Source: Planctomycetota bacterium | GTDB taxonomy: Bacteria; Planctomycetota; Phycisphaerae; WQYP01 | Direction: 5' to 3' | NCBI GenBank assembly: GCA_021805985.1 | Contig: JAJZDN010000014.1 | Location: 9,230-73,229, forward strand | DNA: 64,000 bases | In this document: positions 48,818 to 58,918 of the stretch, piece after piece | Layout: the number at the start of each line of letters is the position of its first letter | Numbering within the stretch: position 1 is the stretch's first letter | Position numbers and translations under genes: made by a program | Notes under the pieces: generated by a model | Database searches by the model: none | The model's input: only the letters and a program-made list of their open reading frames with translations | What the model was told of the DNA's origin: nothing

Positions 48818-49735
48818 TTACTTCTTTTTGGCTTTCCGTTCCGATGCGGTTTGCATCCATCGCAGGATGCTTTCGGGCAGTGGCGATTGAAAATCCAGTA
48901 TTTTTCCCGTGCGGGGATGTTTCAATTGCACGTGCACCGCATGAAGGCATAATCTGCTTTCGCCGCCCCGCCGCGCGGCTGCTGTACCATAGAATACATC
49001 CCCTACCACTGGATGACCAATAGCCGCGAACTGCACGCGAATCTGATGCTTGCGACCCGTATGCAACCGACAACGAATCAGACTAAATGCGCGATTGGAA
49101 CGTAAAAGCTGGTAATCAAGAATCGCGGGTTTACCCGCGCTGGCACCGGCAATTTGAGGATTCGGCGGACAAACGCGCACCATTCCGGATTCCGTTTCAA
49201 GCAGCCGGTGTTCCAGCCGCCCCGCCGGGGCTTTGGGTGTTCCATGCACCACCAATTCATACTCTCGCGTGATGCTATGGGTTCGGAACTGCCGCTTCAA
49301 ATCCGCTAACGCGCGCACCGATCGGGCCAGTACCAGCAAGCCCGAGGCGTCCTTATCCAGGCGATGCACCAGATGGGTTTTGAGTTTCTGGTTGTCTCGG
49401 CTTAGCACCCGATTGACCCCCGCCAGCAATGTGGGGCGTTTCTCTTCGGCATGGGTTGCGGTCAGCAGTCCGGCGGGTTTAACAACGACCAGCAGATCGG
49501 CGTCGGCGTGGACGGTTCGCACCGCATCATCGAGGCGCGGCGATTCCGCCGCCGTATTTTGCGGCGTATCACATAAGTGGGGTACGACACCGGCTGGAAC
49601 GAGTTGTTTCAGGGATCGCACGGGTTTGCCATGGAGCATCACGCGGGCGTCCTGCACCATTTGGCGCAACGTCGTGGTTTTAGCCTGGGGATAGGTTTGC
49701 TGCAGAAATTCCAAAATGGTGATGGTGTCAGTCAT
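48818..49735 (-). CDS. RluA-family pseudouridine synthase
   Basis: VVKPAGL, VHRLDKDASGL, LHTGRKHQIRVQ, HPVVGD..YG, LCLHA. Confidence 0.92.
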   Translation of the reverse strand: MTDTITILEFLQQTYPQAKTTTLRQMVQDARVMLHGKPVRSLKQLVPAGVVPHLCDTPQNTAAESPRLDDAVRTVHADADLLVVVKPAGLLTATHAEEKRPTLLAGVNRVLSRDNQKLKTHLVHRLDKDASGLLVLARSVRALADLKRQFRTHSITREYELVVHGTPKAPAGRLEHRLLETESGMVRVCPPNPQIAGASAGKPAILDYQLLRSNRAFSLIRCRLHTGRKHQIRVQFAAIGHPVVGDVFYGTAAARRGGESRLCLHAVHVQLKHPRTGKILDFQSPLPESILRWMQTASERKAKKK

Positions 49736-49757
49736 AAGATATACACATGTACATAAA

Positions 49758-50702
49758 TTATATTGCGCTAGGGGTAAACTGACCGAAAATGCGGTCAAAG
49801 TCATCCACGGAAAAATACTGGATCACAACTTTACCGGCCCCTTTTTTGCGGCTGGGGATAATGCGCAGTTTGGTGCCCAGTTGCCGGGAGATGCGTTGTT
49901 CCATATCCAGCACATTGGGCGTGCGAACGGAGCCAGGCTTGGCTACGCGAGGGGCTGCCGCCCCGCTTTCACGGGCCAGCGCCTCCAGACGCCGTACGCT
50001 TAGACCTTGTTGCGCAGCCAAGGCGGCCAGGGCAGTCTGGCGCTCTGCGTCATCAATACCGGCGAGCACTTTGGCATGACCCGTTGAAAGCGCTCCAGAG
50101 ATGAGCAAATCCTGAATATCGCCTGGAAGATCCAGCAGGCGTAGAAAATTGGTGATGGTGGTGCGGTCTTCGCCGAGGCGTTCCGCTGCTTGCGAATGGG
50201 TCATTGAAAACCGCTGAATATAGTCACTATAGGCTTTGGCTCTTTCGATGGCGTTAAGGTCTTGCCGCTGAATATTTTCTATGAGCGCCCACTCAATTTG
50301 TTGCTCCGGTGTGGTATCGGCGCGGATAATGGCGGATATAGTCAGCAGGCCAGCTAACTTAGCGGCCGCCGTGCGGCGGTGTCCGGCAACAAGCTGGTAG
50401 CGTTGGCCGACCTGCTTGAGTAAAACTGGCTGCAAAATCCCGTGGGTTCGAATAGATTGAGCCAATTCAGAAAGCGCGGCGCTGTCCATATTCTGCCGCG
50501 GCTGGGATGGATTATCATCAATCTGATCAATTGATATTTCGTAAATGCGTATGTGCTTGTCAGATGTGCCTGACGAATCTTGTGGATTATCTGACTGAGA
50601 ACTACCATGGGTGGTGTTTATCCGGTCTTCAGATGTAGTGTGTTTTGCTCGTTGCGTGATCAGAGCATTTAGTCCCCTACCGAGTCGTGCCTGCGCTGCC
50701 AT
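49758..50702 (-). CDS. parB: chromosome partitioning protein ParB/Spo0J
   Basis: LGRGLNAL, NPSQPR, GILQP, LVAGHRR, ALIENIQRQDLNAIE, HTH with ITNFLRLL, LSTGHAKVL, LSVRRLE. Confidence 0.95.
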   Translation of the reverse strand: MAAQARLGRGLNALITQRAKHTTSEDRINTTHGSSQSDNPQDSSGTSDKHIRIYEISIDQIDDNPSQPRQNMDSAALSELAQSIRTHGILQPVLLKQVGQRYQLVAGHRRTAAAKLAGLLTISAIIRADTTPEQQIEWALIENIQRQDLNAIERAKAYSDYIQRFSMTHSQAAERLGEDRTTITNFLRLLDLPGDIQDLLISGALSTGHAKVLAGIDDAERQTALAALAAQQGLSVRRLEALARESGAAAPRVAKPGSVRTPNVLDMEQRISRQLGTKLRIIPSRKKGAGKVVIQYFSVDDFDRIFGQFTPSAI

Positions 50703-50730
50703 GGGAGATTCTCCGTACATTTGCAATCAA

Positions 50731-50746
50731 TGTTCTACGTGGAACA
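50731..50746. promoter_or_regulatory. parS site 1
   Basis: TGTTCTACGTGGAACA versus consensus TGTTTCACGTGAAACA; about 30 bp upstream of parB. Confidence 0.85.
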
Positions 50747-50828
50747 TTGTCTAACATAGTAGCGGTTACGTCAAGTAGCAAAAAGTCTTCTATTCGGTTG
50801 GCCGCCTCTCCTCGAAGGAACGTCTCAA

Positions 50829-50844
50829 TGTTCCACGTAGAACA
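50829..50844. promoter_or_regulatory. parS site 2
   Basis: TGTTCCACGTAGAACA; exact reverse complement of site 1, including the CAA/TTG flanks. Confidence 0.85.
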
Positions 50845-50865
50845 TTGCGTCTGGGTCACCATGAT

Positions 50866-51849
50866 TCATGAGGCGGAATTCAACCAAACTCTCGCGAGCC
50901 GGCCTAACTCTATCCAGTTCATTTTTTGATATAACGTTAAGGCGGGGTCGTTTTCAGCATCCACCTGCAACACAGGAGTCTTTCCCATTTGTCTAATTCG
51001 GCCCACCATGTCGTGCACGAGTTCCCCTCCAAAGCCCTGCTTACGGTATTCCGGAAATGTAAATACGCCACCAATCTCGATAGTCGTAGTCAAAGCTAAA
51101 TCAAATTTCGCCAGGGCGACAATCTCGCCATTAGGCTCGTGCACGCAGACATTCCGTGACTCGATCCAAGCATTGACATCTGCATCAAATAAGATCCCGC
51201 GTTCCTGATTATAGAGTTTCCGCCAGCGGTGAAGCGCCGGCTCATCCCCGGCTCGCGCCAGCCGAACCTTGGGGCACAGTGCCGCCGGCTGCTCAGGCGG
51301 CAACGTCATCCTAATGTTCACATTCTTTTTTGCGGGAGCCTTGCGATTTACCAGGTTGAGAAGTCGCGGGGTCATCGCCGCTACTCCTGCCGCCAAGCCG
51401 GTTACGTAATTAATAGGCAGGGGCGGGTTCGCCGTTTCAGCGGTCACTGCCGAGGTCTTTTGTAAAGGATTACCATCCCACCAAGTTTGCAGATAATCGC
51501 ACAAAGCCCCGGCGGCCTCATCGGTGGATGCCAGTACATCAGCCCGATGGGCCTTAGGGACATAAAGCATTGCGCCGCAAGCACTTGTGAAATTTATACT
51601 GCCGGGTGCAGCGGGTTTCTTAGCGACCACAACCAGGTGCAGGTCGTCGCGCGCCAGCGGGGGGGTTAAGGACAGTCGTTCCCAGAAATGCGCCAATGTA
51701 TCCATGACGCCCCCGCCGGCGGATCTTAAATAATCCGCCGCCTGTTTGGAGCGATCCAGCGGAACGCGCACGGCCGTTGGGTTTATATCTGATTGTTCCG
51801 TGGCGTTCAAAACAGGCCGACTCCACAGTCCCCGAATTTCCGCAACCAC
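50866..51849 (-). CDS. GNAT-family acetyltransferase
   Basis: IGGVFTFPEYRKQGFG, NDPALTLYQKM; start uncertain. Confidence 0.8.
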   Translation of the reverse strand: MVAEIRGLWSRPVLNATEQSDINPTAVRVPLDRSKQAADYLRSAGGGVMDTLAHFWERLSLTPPLARDDLHLVVVAKKPAAPGSINFTSACGAMLYVPKAHRADVLASTDEAAGALCDYLQTWWDGNPLQKTSAVTAETANPPLPINYVTGLAAGVAAMTPRLLNLVNRKAPAKKNVNIRMTLPPEQPAALCPKVRLARAGDEPALHRWRKLYNQERGILFDADVNAWIESRNVCVHEPNGEIVALAKFDLALTTTIEIGGVFTFPEYRKQGFGGELVHDMVGRIRQMGKTPVLQVDAENDPALTLYQKMNWIELGRLARVWLNSAS

Positions 51850-52195
51850 AATGATGTATAATATATATGACTACATGTGAACATATATCGATGTATTCTC
51901 CACTATGGCTACCCCGGTGCGTGCCCACGTACCGGGGCCTCCGCAAAAGCCCGCGACTTATCCGAAGCGGGCGAAAGTTGACGGTCCGCCTGGATCCGTC
52001 TACCGGAGTCCGCAGCTTTTCTTCCTGCCATGAAAAGCTGCCACCTCCGATACTGCGCTATTATTCTAACGTCTTGCGCCAAGGATAAAAGCCGGGTGGG
52101 ATCTTTCATTGTGATCTTTTATGGCCGCAGTCCCCAGGGCATCGCCTGCAGTCGGCGGTATGGCACCGATCAGGAAGTGGGGGAGCAATTGTGGG

Positions 52196-52960
52196 TTACA
52201 AAAGTCCGTTGTCCTTGAGTTGCCGCACCTTACCTATCGCTGCCCAACTCACCGGCGTTGCCGGCGGCCCTGCCGTCAGGATGTCAGCCATGGGCAAGGC
52301 CAGAATGGTGTCATGTTCCTGCGCGTTCAAGGCATCCGTGCACTGGGCGAGCGGCTGTTTTAATTCCCCGTGCCACACCAGCTCGGGCTGGGCCAGTACC
52401 GGATCACGCATCAATGCCAGGACGGTCGGTGGGGCGGCAAGATTATCCGAGGCAAGCCCCAATTCTTCCTCAAGCTCTTTATACAAATGTTCCAACAGTA
52501 TCTCTGCCCCATTGCTCCAACGCATCGGCCAATCCATCACGCCGCCAAAAAGATGGGCCCAATGGGGATAGGCCGCCACTTGTTTGCTGCGCACTCCCAG
52601 ATAAGCGGTGTCGCCGTGCGTAAGCAGGATACTGTTGCCCAAAGCCGGAGTTATAGCGGTGGGGGAGTTGACTTCAAACCACGCCCGGTCCCGCAAGGTT
52701 GTAACCAGAAACGTTTTGTAATCCGTGGCTGCGAGTTCCAGATGCAGTATTCCATTGGAAACTGCGGCACTTTTCAAACTGGCGACGGTACTGTTAAAAA
52801 GCATCCTGCCATCGCGGCTTGCCGCCAGCATATAGTCGTCCCATAGCGCCTCAATTCGGTGCAGAATTTCCGGTGGGGGAGGTAAATGTCCGGTGATCGC
52901 CACGGTAATCTGTTCGACCGTAAATGGCCCCGTCGCCAAAATTTCCAAGCTCTTTTTCAC
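52196..52960 (-). CDS. NUDIX-like hydrolase
   Basis: RSKQVAAYP....FGG and LYKELEEELGL (degenerate Nudix box). Confidence 0.6.
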   Translation of the reverse strand: MKKSLEILATGPFTVEQITVAITGHLPPPPEILHRIEALWDDYMLAASRDGRMLFNSTVASLKSAAVSNGILHLELAATDYKTFLVTTLRDRAWFEVNSPTAITPALGNSILLTHGDTAYLGVRSKQVAAYPHWAHLFGGVMDWPMRWSNGAEILLEHLYKELEEELGLASDNLAAPPTVLALMRDPVLAQPELVWHGELKQPLAQCTDALNAQEHDTILALPMADILTAGPPATPVSWAAIGKVRQLKDNGLL

Positions 52961-53000
52961 AGCGGAATATTAACCGATGCTGTCACTTGAGTACTGTTAC

Positions 53001-53522
53001 TTAGCGGCGTGATCGCTGGGAATTAAGATTTTCAAGCGCCTTGAGTGGATCCTTATCATCGCCTTCGTCATCCAGACTTACTGCATCATCAATGGGCTGG
53101 GCGATGATAATATCTCCATCCGGTGCGACATCCACCGTTTCGCCGGCTTCTGTAATAGAGTGGTCCTGAACAGGCTCCATGGCCATATCACCCAGGATGC
53201 TGCGGATAGGTTTAATCTGGTGCGGTTCGCCATCAATAACGACCGTGAAAGTCACAGGCCCCACGCGAATATGATCACCGGCGACCAATGTTTGAGAGTC
53301 GGCGATGCGCTGGTTGTTATGGTACGTGCCATTGGAGCTATCAATGTCTTTGAGAACCGGTGCGTTGTCCTGAATCACAACTTCACAGTGGTTACGGGAG
53401 ACTGTGGGAAGAGGGATCTGCAGGTCAGACTCATCAGATCTTCCAATGGAGGTCCGCTCCTTGAGCAGAGAAAATTCGCGCCTCTGTCCGTCCTCTTTGA
53501 AAATGACAAGAACTAAATCCAT
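53001..53522 (-). CDS. FHA-domain protein
   Basis: IGRS, VSRNHC, DIDSSNGTYHN, GDHIRVG; acidic tail. Confidence 0.92.
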   Translation of the reverse strand: MDLVLVIFKEDGQRREFSLLKERTSIGRSDESDLQIPLPTVSRNHCEVVIQDNAPVLKDIDSSNGTYHNNQRIADSQTLVAGDHIRVGPVTFTVVIDGEPHQIKPIRSILGDMAMEPVQDHSITEAGETVDVAPDGDIIIAQPIDDAVSLDDEGDDKDPLKALENLNSQRSRR

Positions 53523-53597
53523 CAGCGGCCTCCGTCTGTGCATATCCCTTCAATCGGGATTTATGCTAAACTAAGAGAATTTATCGGCCACAACGCC

Positions 53598-54914
53598 ATG
53601 CAGCATGACAAAATTATAGCCGAAGCGAGAAGTAAAGACGATAGCCCACGTCCTAAAATTTCTGAATTCCCGTTGCCGCAGGCAGGGCAGCGAACGGAGA
53701 AAGGCTTTTTTGACTTACCGCCAAATGTCGAATTTGATGCAAATTCAGTTATTGACGCCCTTTATGTGCATATTCCCTTTTGTACCAGTAAGTGTCATTA
53801 TTGCGATTTTTTCTCCTTAGCAGGGCATTTAGACCAAGCCGACGCATTTCTGGACGCCTTGGGGCGGGAATTGGAATTGCAGGTTAACCACTTTGGCAGC
53901 CCGGCACCGAAAACCATTTTTATCGGCGGCGGCACGCCTACCCTGCTACCGCCGGGGGCGCTAGCGCGACTGATGGCCCAGATAAACAGCGCCATAAACT
54001 TTGACCGCCTCATCGAATTTACCGTGGAAGCAAACCCCAATACCTTCGACGCCCAGCGCGCCAAAATCTTGCGCGATGGGGGCGTGAATCGTATCAGCTT
54101 TGGTGCCCAGAGTTTTTCCGCAACGGAATTGGCCGTTTTGCAGCGGGACCATAATCCAGAAAGTGTCCCCGTGGCCATGGAAATCGCGCGACATGCCGGA
54201 ATAGATAATTTGAACCTGGATTTGATTTTCGGTATTCCCGGGCAGAGTCTTGCGGATTGGGATAAAAATCTGGCCCGCGCCATTGAATTAGATTCCACGC
54301 ATCTTTCCTGCTATGGCCTGATGTATGAGCCTAACACTCCCATGACCGCTCGAATGAAGCACGGGGAATTTACGCCCGCCTCCGATGATCTGGAAATAGC
54401 GATGCTGCAACACACCCGAGATTGCCTGGCGGCGGCGGGATTTGCGCGTTATGAAATTTCAAATTATGCACAAGCCGGCAAAGCGTGTGAACATAATATC
54501 AATTACTGGAAAGCTCGAAATCATCTGGCGGTTGGTCCTTCGGCAGCGGGTTATCATTCCGGGTTTCGGTGGAAAAATGTGCAAAGTTTAACGCGTTATA
54601 TCGATGCCCTGAATTCCGCGGCACCCGTTGTACCGATTACGGAAATTGAACGCCTCACAGGTTTTGCGCGCTGGGGGGAACTGGCGATTCTGAATTTGCG
54701 GCTTACTGAAGGCATCGTGCTGCAGGAATTCCTGCAGCGCACCGGCGTGGATGCCCTGGCCATTTTGAACACAATTTTCCCACGGTATAGCACGCTGGGC
54801 TTTTGGGACGTCCGCAATGGCAACCTGGCACTAACGGAAGCGGGCATCGCCGTTTCTGATACTATTTTCGCCGATGTGCTGGAGGCCTTTGCGCAGGCGG
54901 CCAGAGGAAAATAA
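53598..54914 (+). CDS. hemW: radical SAM heme chaperone HemW (HemN-like)
   Basis: LYVHIPFCTSKCHYCDF, IFIGGGTPT, TVEANP, NRISFGAQSF, DLIFGIPGQ, YEISNY, HNINYW. Confidence 0.88.
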   Translation: MQHDKIIAEARSKDDSPRPKISEFPLPQAGQRTEKGFFDLPPNVEFDANSVIDALYVHIPFCTSKCHYCDFFSLAGHLDQADAFLDALGRELELQVNHFGSPAPKTIFIGGGTPTLLPPGALARLMAQINSAINFDRLIEFTVEANPNTFDAQRAKILRDGGVNRISFGAQSFSATELAVLQRDHNPESVPVAMEIARHAGIDNLNLDLIFGIPGQSLADWDKNLARAIELDSTHLSCYGLMYEPNTPMTARMKHGEFTPASDDLEIAMLQHTRDCLAAAGFARYEISNYAQAGKACEHNINYWKARNHLAVGPSAAGYHSGFRWKNVQSLTRYIDALNSAAPVVPITEIERLTGFARWGELAILNLRLTEGIVLQEFLQRTGVDALAILNTIFPRYSTLGFWDVRNGNLALTEAGIAVSDTIFADVLEAFAQAARGK

Positions 54915-54930
54915 TGGCGCGCCAGCCCGT

Positions 54931-54964
54931 TTGATTTCTTAGCCGAGCGTTATTACAATGTAAT
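54931..54964 (+). promoter_or_regulatory. TA operon promoter with overlapping palindromic operator
   Basis: TTGATT-17 nt-TACAAT; palindrome ATTACA-A-TGTAAT (54952-54964) covers the -10 box. Confidence 0.6.
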
Positions 54965-54998
54965 GTAGTATTTGGTATGGCATGACAGGAGTTGCAAC

Positions 54999-55232
54999 AT
55001 GACATTGGTAAAGACTATTCGGAAAGTTGGCAATGGCAGCGCGTTACCGCTGGATAAAACTTTGCTGGACCTCGCGGGTTGGCACGTTGGCGATCAGGTG
55101 CAGATTACCGTGGATGGCCCAAGAGTCATTCTTACGGCGATGAACGCCGGTATTGGCAAAGAGCGGCTAGAAAAATCTCTAAGGGAAATTCGCACAAAAT
55201 ATGCTAAGGCGTTACAGGAACTGGCCAAGTGA
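54999..55232 (+). CDS. AbrB/MazE-type antitoxin
   Basis: KTIRKVGNGSALPLDK...GDQV; ends KYAKALQELAK; overlaps the doc start. Confidence 0.85.
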   Translation: MTLVKTIRKVGNGSALPLDKTLLDLAGWHVGDQVQITVDGPRVILTAMNAGIGKERLEKSLREIRTKYAKALQELAK

Positions 55233-55633
55233 GCAAGGCGGAAATTACATTTTTAAGTGTCGAGGATGTCATTACCGTACACGATGATACCATCGCATAC
55301 GAAGGGGGACTGGCGGGCCTGCGCGATCGTGGACTGCTGGAATCCGCAGTCATGATGCCGCAGGCGGCATTCGGCGGGCAGTACCTGCACGATGGCATTC
55401 AGGCGATGGCGGCGGCCTATTTATTCCATATATGTCAGGCCCACGCGTTTCATGATGGAAACAAACGTACGAGCGTTGTTTCCGCAATTGCGTTCCTGAA
55501 AGCCAACGGGCGTGACCTGATAGCAACCAACACGGAACTTGTGGAACTTGGCTTGGGCGTTGCCGGGGGTATATTGGATAAATCCGATGCGACCGCGTGG
55601 ATGCGCCAATTCGCCAAGCGTATAAAAACATAA
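55229..55633 (+). CDS. doc: Doc (death-on-curing) Fic-family toxin
   Basis: GLRDRGLLESA..P and HAFHDGNKRT. Confidence 0.9.
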   Translation: MSKAEITFLSVEDVITVHDDTIAYEGGLAGLRDRGLLESAVMMPQAAFGGQYLHDGIQAMAAAYLFHICQAHAFHDGNKRTSVVSAIAFLKANGRDLIATNTELVELGLGVAGGILDKSDATAWMRQFAKRIKT

Positions 55634-55778
55634 TGCACGCAACCTACCATCGCGTTGCCTCGCCGCCTTCCCGGCTCCAACGCTCTGATTACAAAACCGC
55701 TACAATGTCAATGGCCGTGGCGAGATCAGCGGATCAGCCTGCGGTTTGAAGACAGTTTTAAGCCTTTGGAGTCAATGA

Positions 55779-56750
55779 ATGCGCACCGGATCAATACGAC
55801 TCTTTAAGATATTCGGTATCACCGTTTATCTGCACATTTCCTGGTTTCTTATTTTGCTCTTTGAAATGAGTTCCCGACGGCATTATTACACCAGTGAAGT
55901 CTGGCAGTTTCTGGAAATCGTGGCGCTATTTGGCATTGTGCTGATCCATGAATTCGGCCACGCCCTGGCGTGTCGATCGGTCGGGGGAAGCGCGGACACG
56001 ATTATTCTTTGGCCCTTTGGCGGTTTTGCCTATGTTTCTCCGCCTTGGCGCCCGGGCGCCATGCTTTGGAGCATTGTTGCCGGGCCGCTGGTAAACGTGA
56101 TTCTGATTCCCATTACCGTGGGCATATTCTGGCTGACCGTCGCTCCGCACGTGGCGCTGACACCGCATAATTTTTTGGAGTTCCTGTTAAATACACCCGC
56201 CACGGCCGGCAATCTTGGCAGGTTTTTGTCGCGTGTGGTGCTGATCAACATTGTTCTGCTGATTTTTAATATGCTTCCGGTGTATCCGTTGGATGGCGGA
56301 AAAATTCTGTGGTCACTGCTCTGGTTTGTTACCGGCGAGGGTTTGGCGTTACGCATCGCATCGGTTGTTGGGCTGTTGGGCTCCGGGCTGCTGGCATTGT
56401 GGGCGTTTAAGAGTGGTCAGATTTATTTAATGGCTGTCTCGGCGTTTTTGATTTTTGAGGCGGTCAATGCCTATCGCCAATCAACGCGCCTGATGATGAT
56501 GAGTAAAATTCCCCGCCATTCGCAGTACCGTTGCCCCAACTGCGACCAGGGTGCACGCGTTGGTGCTTTCTGGACATGCGCCAATTGCTCAACGCATTTT
56601 GACATGTTTGCATCTCATGGGCAATGCCCTAATTGTCATGCATCGTTTATGAATACGGAAATTCAATGTCCCGAATGCCGCGCGGTTTCTCCGGTTTCCC
56701 ACTGGTTTGCGGCCGCCACGGTAGATCCCATTGAACCGCCCAGATCCTGA
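55779..56750 (+). CDS. site-2 protease (M50) with C-terminal Zn ribbons
   Basis: HEFGH, AGPLVN, FNMLPVYPLDGG; four CxxC motifs at the C-terminus. Confidence 0.9.
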   Translation: MRTGSIRLFKIFGITVYLHISWFLILLFEMSSRRHYYTSEVWQFLEIVALFGIVLIHEFGHALACRSVGGSADTIILWPFGGFAYVSPPWRPGAMLWSIVAGPLVNVILIPITVGIFWLTVAPHVALTPHNFLEFLLNTPATAGNLGRFLSRVVLINIVLLIFNMLPVYPLDGGKILWSLLWFVTGEGLALRIASVVGLLGSGLLALWAFKSGQIYLMAVSAFLIFEAVNAYRQSTRLMMMSKIPRHSQYRCPNCDQGARVGAFWTCANCSTHFDMFASHGQCPNCHASFMNTEIQCPECRAVSPVSHWFAAATVDPIEPPRS

Positions 56751-56930
56751 TCCTTGATAAACATTCGTCCCATAAGAAAAAGCCTGGAGATTTTTCTGCC
56801 GCGATCACCATCAGAGTGCCGATGATCTTCAGGTTCACGTCGCGGTGCCGGTGGCACCTGCAGGTTGTGTGTTGGTTAAAAGGTGTTGTGGAAGAATCGC
56901 GTATTTTTCTTACCCAACGGAGCAGTAAAT

Positions 56931-58346
56931 ATGACTCCCATAGCTTCTATACTTCCCATGACTCCGGTGCTTGGGGCAGCGGATCAAACAAATACCGCAG
57001 GCCAGCGCATGGCGTTGTCAGAAGTCATCGGGGCTTTAAGTTACGCACTGGATCTGACCGAGGGCCTGCCCGCCGGCCATTGCATTCGCGTCTGCTGGAT
57101 CGGCATGAATATTGGTAACCAGATGGGCCTGCCGGTAGAGACTCTTTCCCATCTGTATTACACGCTTTTGCTTAAGGACATTGGGTGCTCGAGCAATGCG
57201 GCCCGCGTCTGTGAACTTTATGACAGTGATGATCTGCAACTGAAAAGCCGATTTCGCCAAATTGATACGCAAAGTATTTCCCAGCTCACACGGTTCGTGG
57301 TGGGCAACCTGGCACCTAATGCCCCGTTGCGCAAGCGCGTGGGTAAACTGGTACATTTAGCTATCCATGGCAGAGAGCTTGCACGCGAGCTTGTCACCGC
57401 CCGCTGTGAACGTGGTGCCGGCATTGCCGCACGCATTGGTTTTGCCATGCCCGTGGCCGACGGCATACGTCGGTTGGATGAACATTGGAACGGCGGGGGA
57501 AACCCCGGCGGAGCCCAGGGCGTGGATATTCCAATTGAAAGCCGCATCGCCCTGCTGGCACAGGTGGCGGAAGTATTTCATGCGATCAGCGGCCCGAAAG
57601 AAGCACTTGAGCAAGTTAAACGTCGCTCGGGCACGTGGTTTGACCCTGCGGTGGTACAGGCCTTTGAACAGGTGGCTGCAACCTCCGATTTATGGAACAT
57701 GCTTAAAGACAAGAATATAGATACACATGTACGCACCTTGGAGCCGCAGCATCTGGTGCAATATGTTGATGAGGCACAACTTGATCAAATTGCCCAGAGC
57801 TTTGCCGATGTGATCGACTCGAAAAGCCCCTTCACCAATGGCCACAGTCATCGTGTGGCCGATTACGCCTTGGATATCGGTCGGCAATTCGGCCTTAAGC
57901 CGGCCGAAGCCCGCTGGCTCAATCGTCTGGGATTACTGCATGACATCGGCAAACTTGGGGTAAGCAATTCTATTCTGGACAAACCGGGAAAACTTAATGA
58001 TCAGGAATGGGCACGCGTTCGCCTGCATCCGGTTTTCTCCGAGCAGATACTTGATCGGGTATCGGTATTTTCATCCATGGCCTTCAGCGCCGGATCGCAC
58101 CATGAACGCCTGGACGGCAAAGGATATCCGCGCGGCCTGATGGGAGCTGAAATTCCGCAGGTGGTGCGTATTCTCACCACCGCCGATGTATTTGACGCGC
58201 TAACTTCCGAACGCCCCTATCATCCCGGGCGCAGCATCCCCGAGTCGCTGGCGATTATGGAGAAGGACCGCGGCGTGGCTTTTGATCCGGATTGTCTGGA
58301 CGCGCTAAAGAGATCTCTGCAAGGCCCCGCCTACCACGCCGCATGA
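56931..58346 (+). CDS. tandem HD/HD-GYP cyclic-dinucleotide phosphodiesterase
   Basis: N-terminal degenerate HD (LLKDIGC, DEHWNGGG) and intact C-terminal LLHDIGK...HHERLDGKGYP...ADVFDALT..RPY. Confidence 0.9.
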   Translation: MTPIASILPMTPVLGAADQTNTAGQRMALSEVIGALSYALDLTEGLPAGHCIRVCWIGMNIGNQMGLPVETLSHLYYTLLLKDIGCSSNAARVCELYDSDDLQLKSRFRQIDTQSISQLTRFVVGNLAPNAPLRKRVGKLVHLAIHGRELARELVTARCERGAGIAARIGFAMPVADGIRRLDEHWNGGGNPGGAQGVDIPIESRIALLAQVAEVFHAISGPKEALEQVKRRSGTWFDPAVVQAFEQVAATSDLWNMLKDKNIDTHVRTLEPQHLVQYVDEAQLDQIAQSFADVIDSKSPFTNGHSHRVADYALDIGRQFGLKPAEARWLNRLGLLHDIGKLGVSNSILDKPGKLNDQEWARVRLHPVFSEQILDRVSVFSSMAFSAGSHHERLDGKGYPRGLMGAEIPQVVRILTTADVFDALTSERPYHPGRSIPESLAIMEKDRGVAFDPDCLDALKRSLQGPAYHAA

Positions 58347-58373
58347 TAATTTATTGCACTGTGGCACCGGACA

Positions 58374-58817
58374 TTACGGCGTGACCTCCAGGGGGCATGA
58401 GCGTATCAAGCCGGTATCATCGTCAAGCAGCCACGCCACAGGGAACTCATGCCGCATTGAACCGGCTGGAATAATTAGATAGACCAGACCGGGCCAGAGC
58501 GCTTCGGCATCGGTGCCACTTATGACGGCGTTGTGATCCGGATGAGAATGGTAGATGCCGACAATGGCCTGATGCAGGGAGTCTACCTGTTTCTCCACGC
58601 TCATCCATGCTTGCGGCGCGATGGCATAGGTTCGCCTGCGCGTTTCGGGTACCGCAGTGTTGGGCACGGGCACGATGGAGGTCACACGCGTGCTGCCGCC
58701 GGGGGATTCTCCGATCAGAAAGCCGCAAGCTTCAAAGGGGTAGTCACGTTGGGCATGATTACGCAGGAGTTCCAGCGCACGCAGAGATATGCGAAACGAT
58801 TGGGTTGAGGTCGTCAT
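58374..58817 (-). CDS. JAB/M67 metallopeptidase (Mec+-like)
   Basis: YPFEACGFL and GIYHSHPD....S..D (JAMM motif). Confidence 0.88.
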   Translation of the reverse strand: MTTSTQSFRISLRALELLRNHAQRDYPFEACGFLIGESPGGSTRVTSIVPVPNTAVPETRRRTYAIAPQAWMSVEKQVDSLHQAIVGIYHSHPDHNAVISGTDAEALWPGLVYLIIPAGSMRHEFPVAWLLDDDTGLIRSCPLEVTP

Positions 58818-58918
58818 AAAAGCCGTCTCCTGGCAGTTGCAAGCGGGCTAGGCCTTAATAGAATATAGACGAAGTTCAATTCAGTGTCGCTGTAGTATGG
58901 TTGGCAGGAGCGGTTAAT

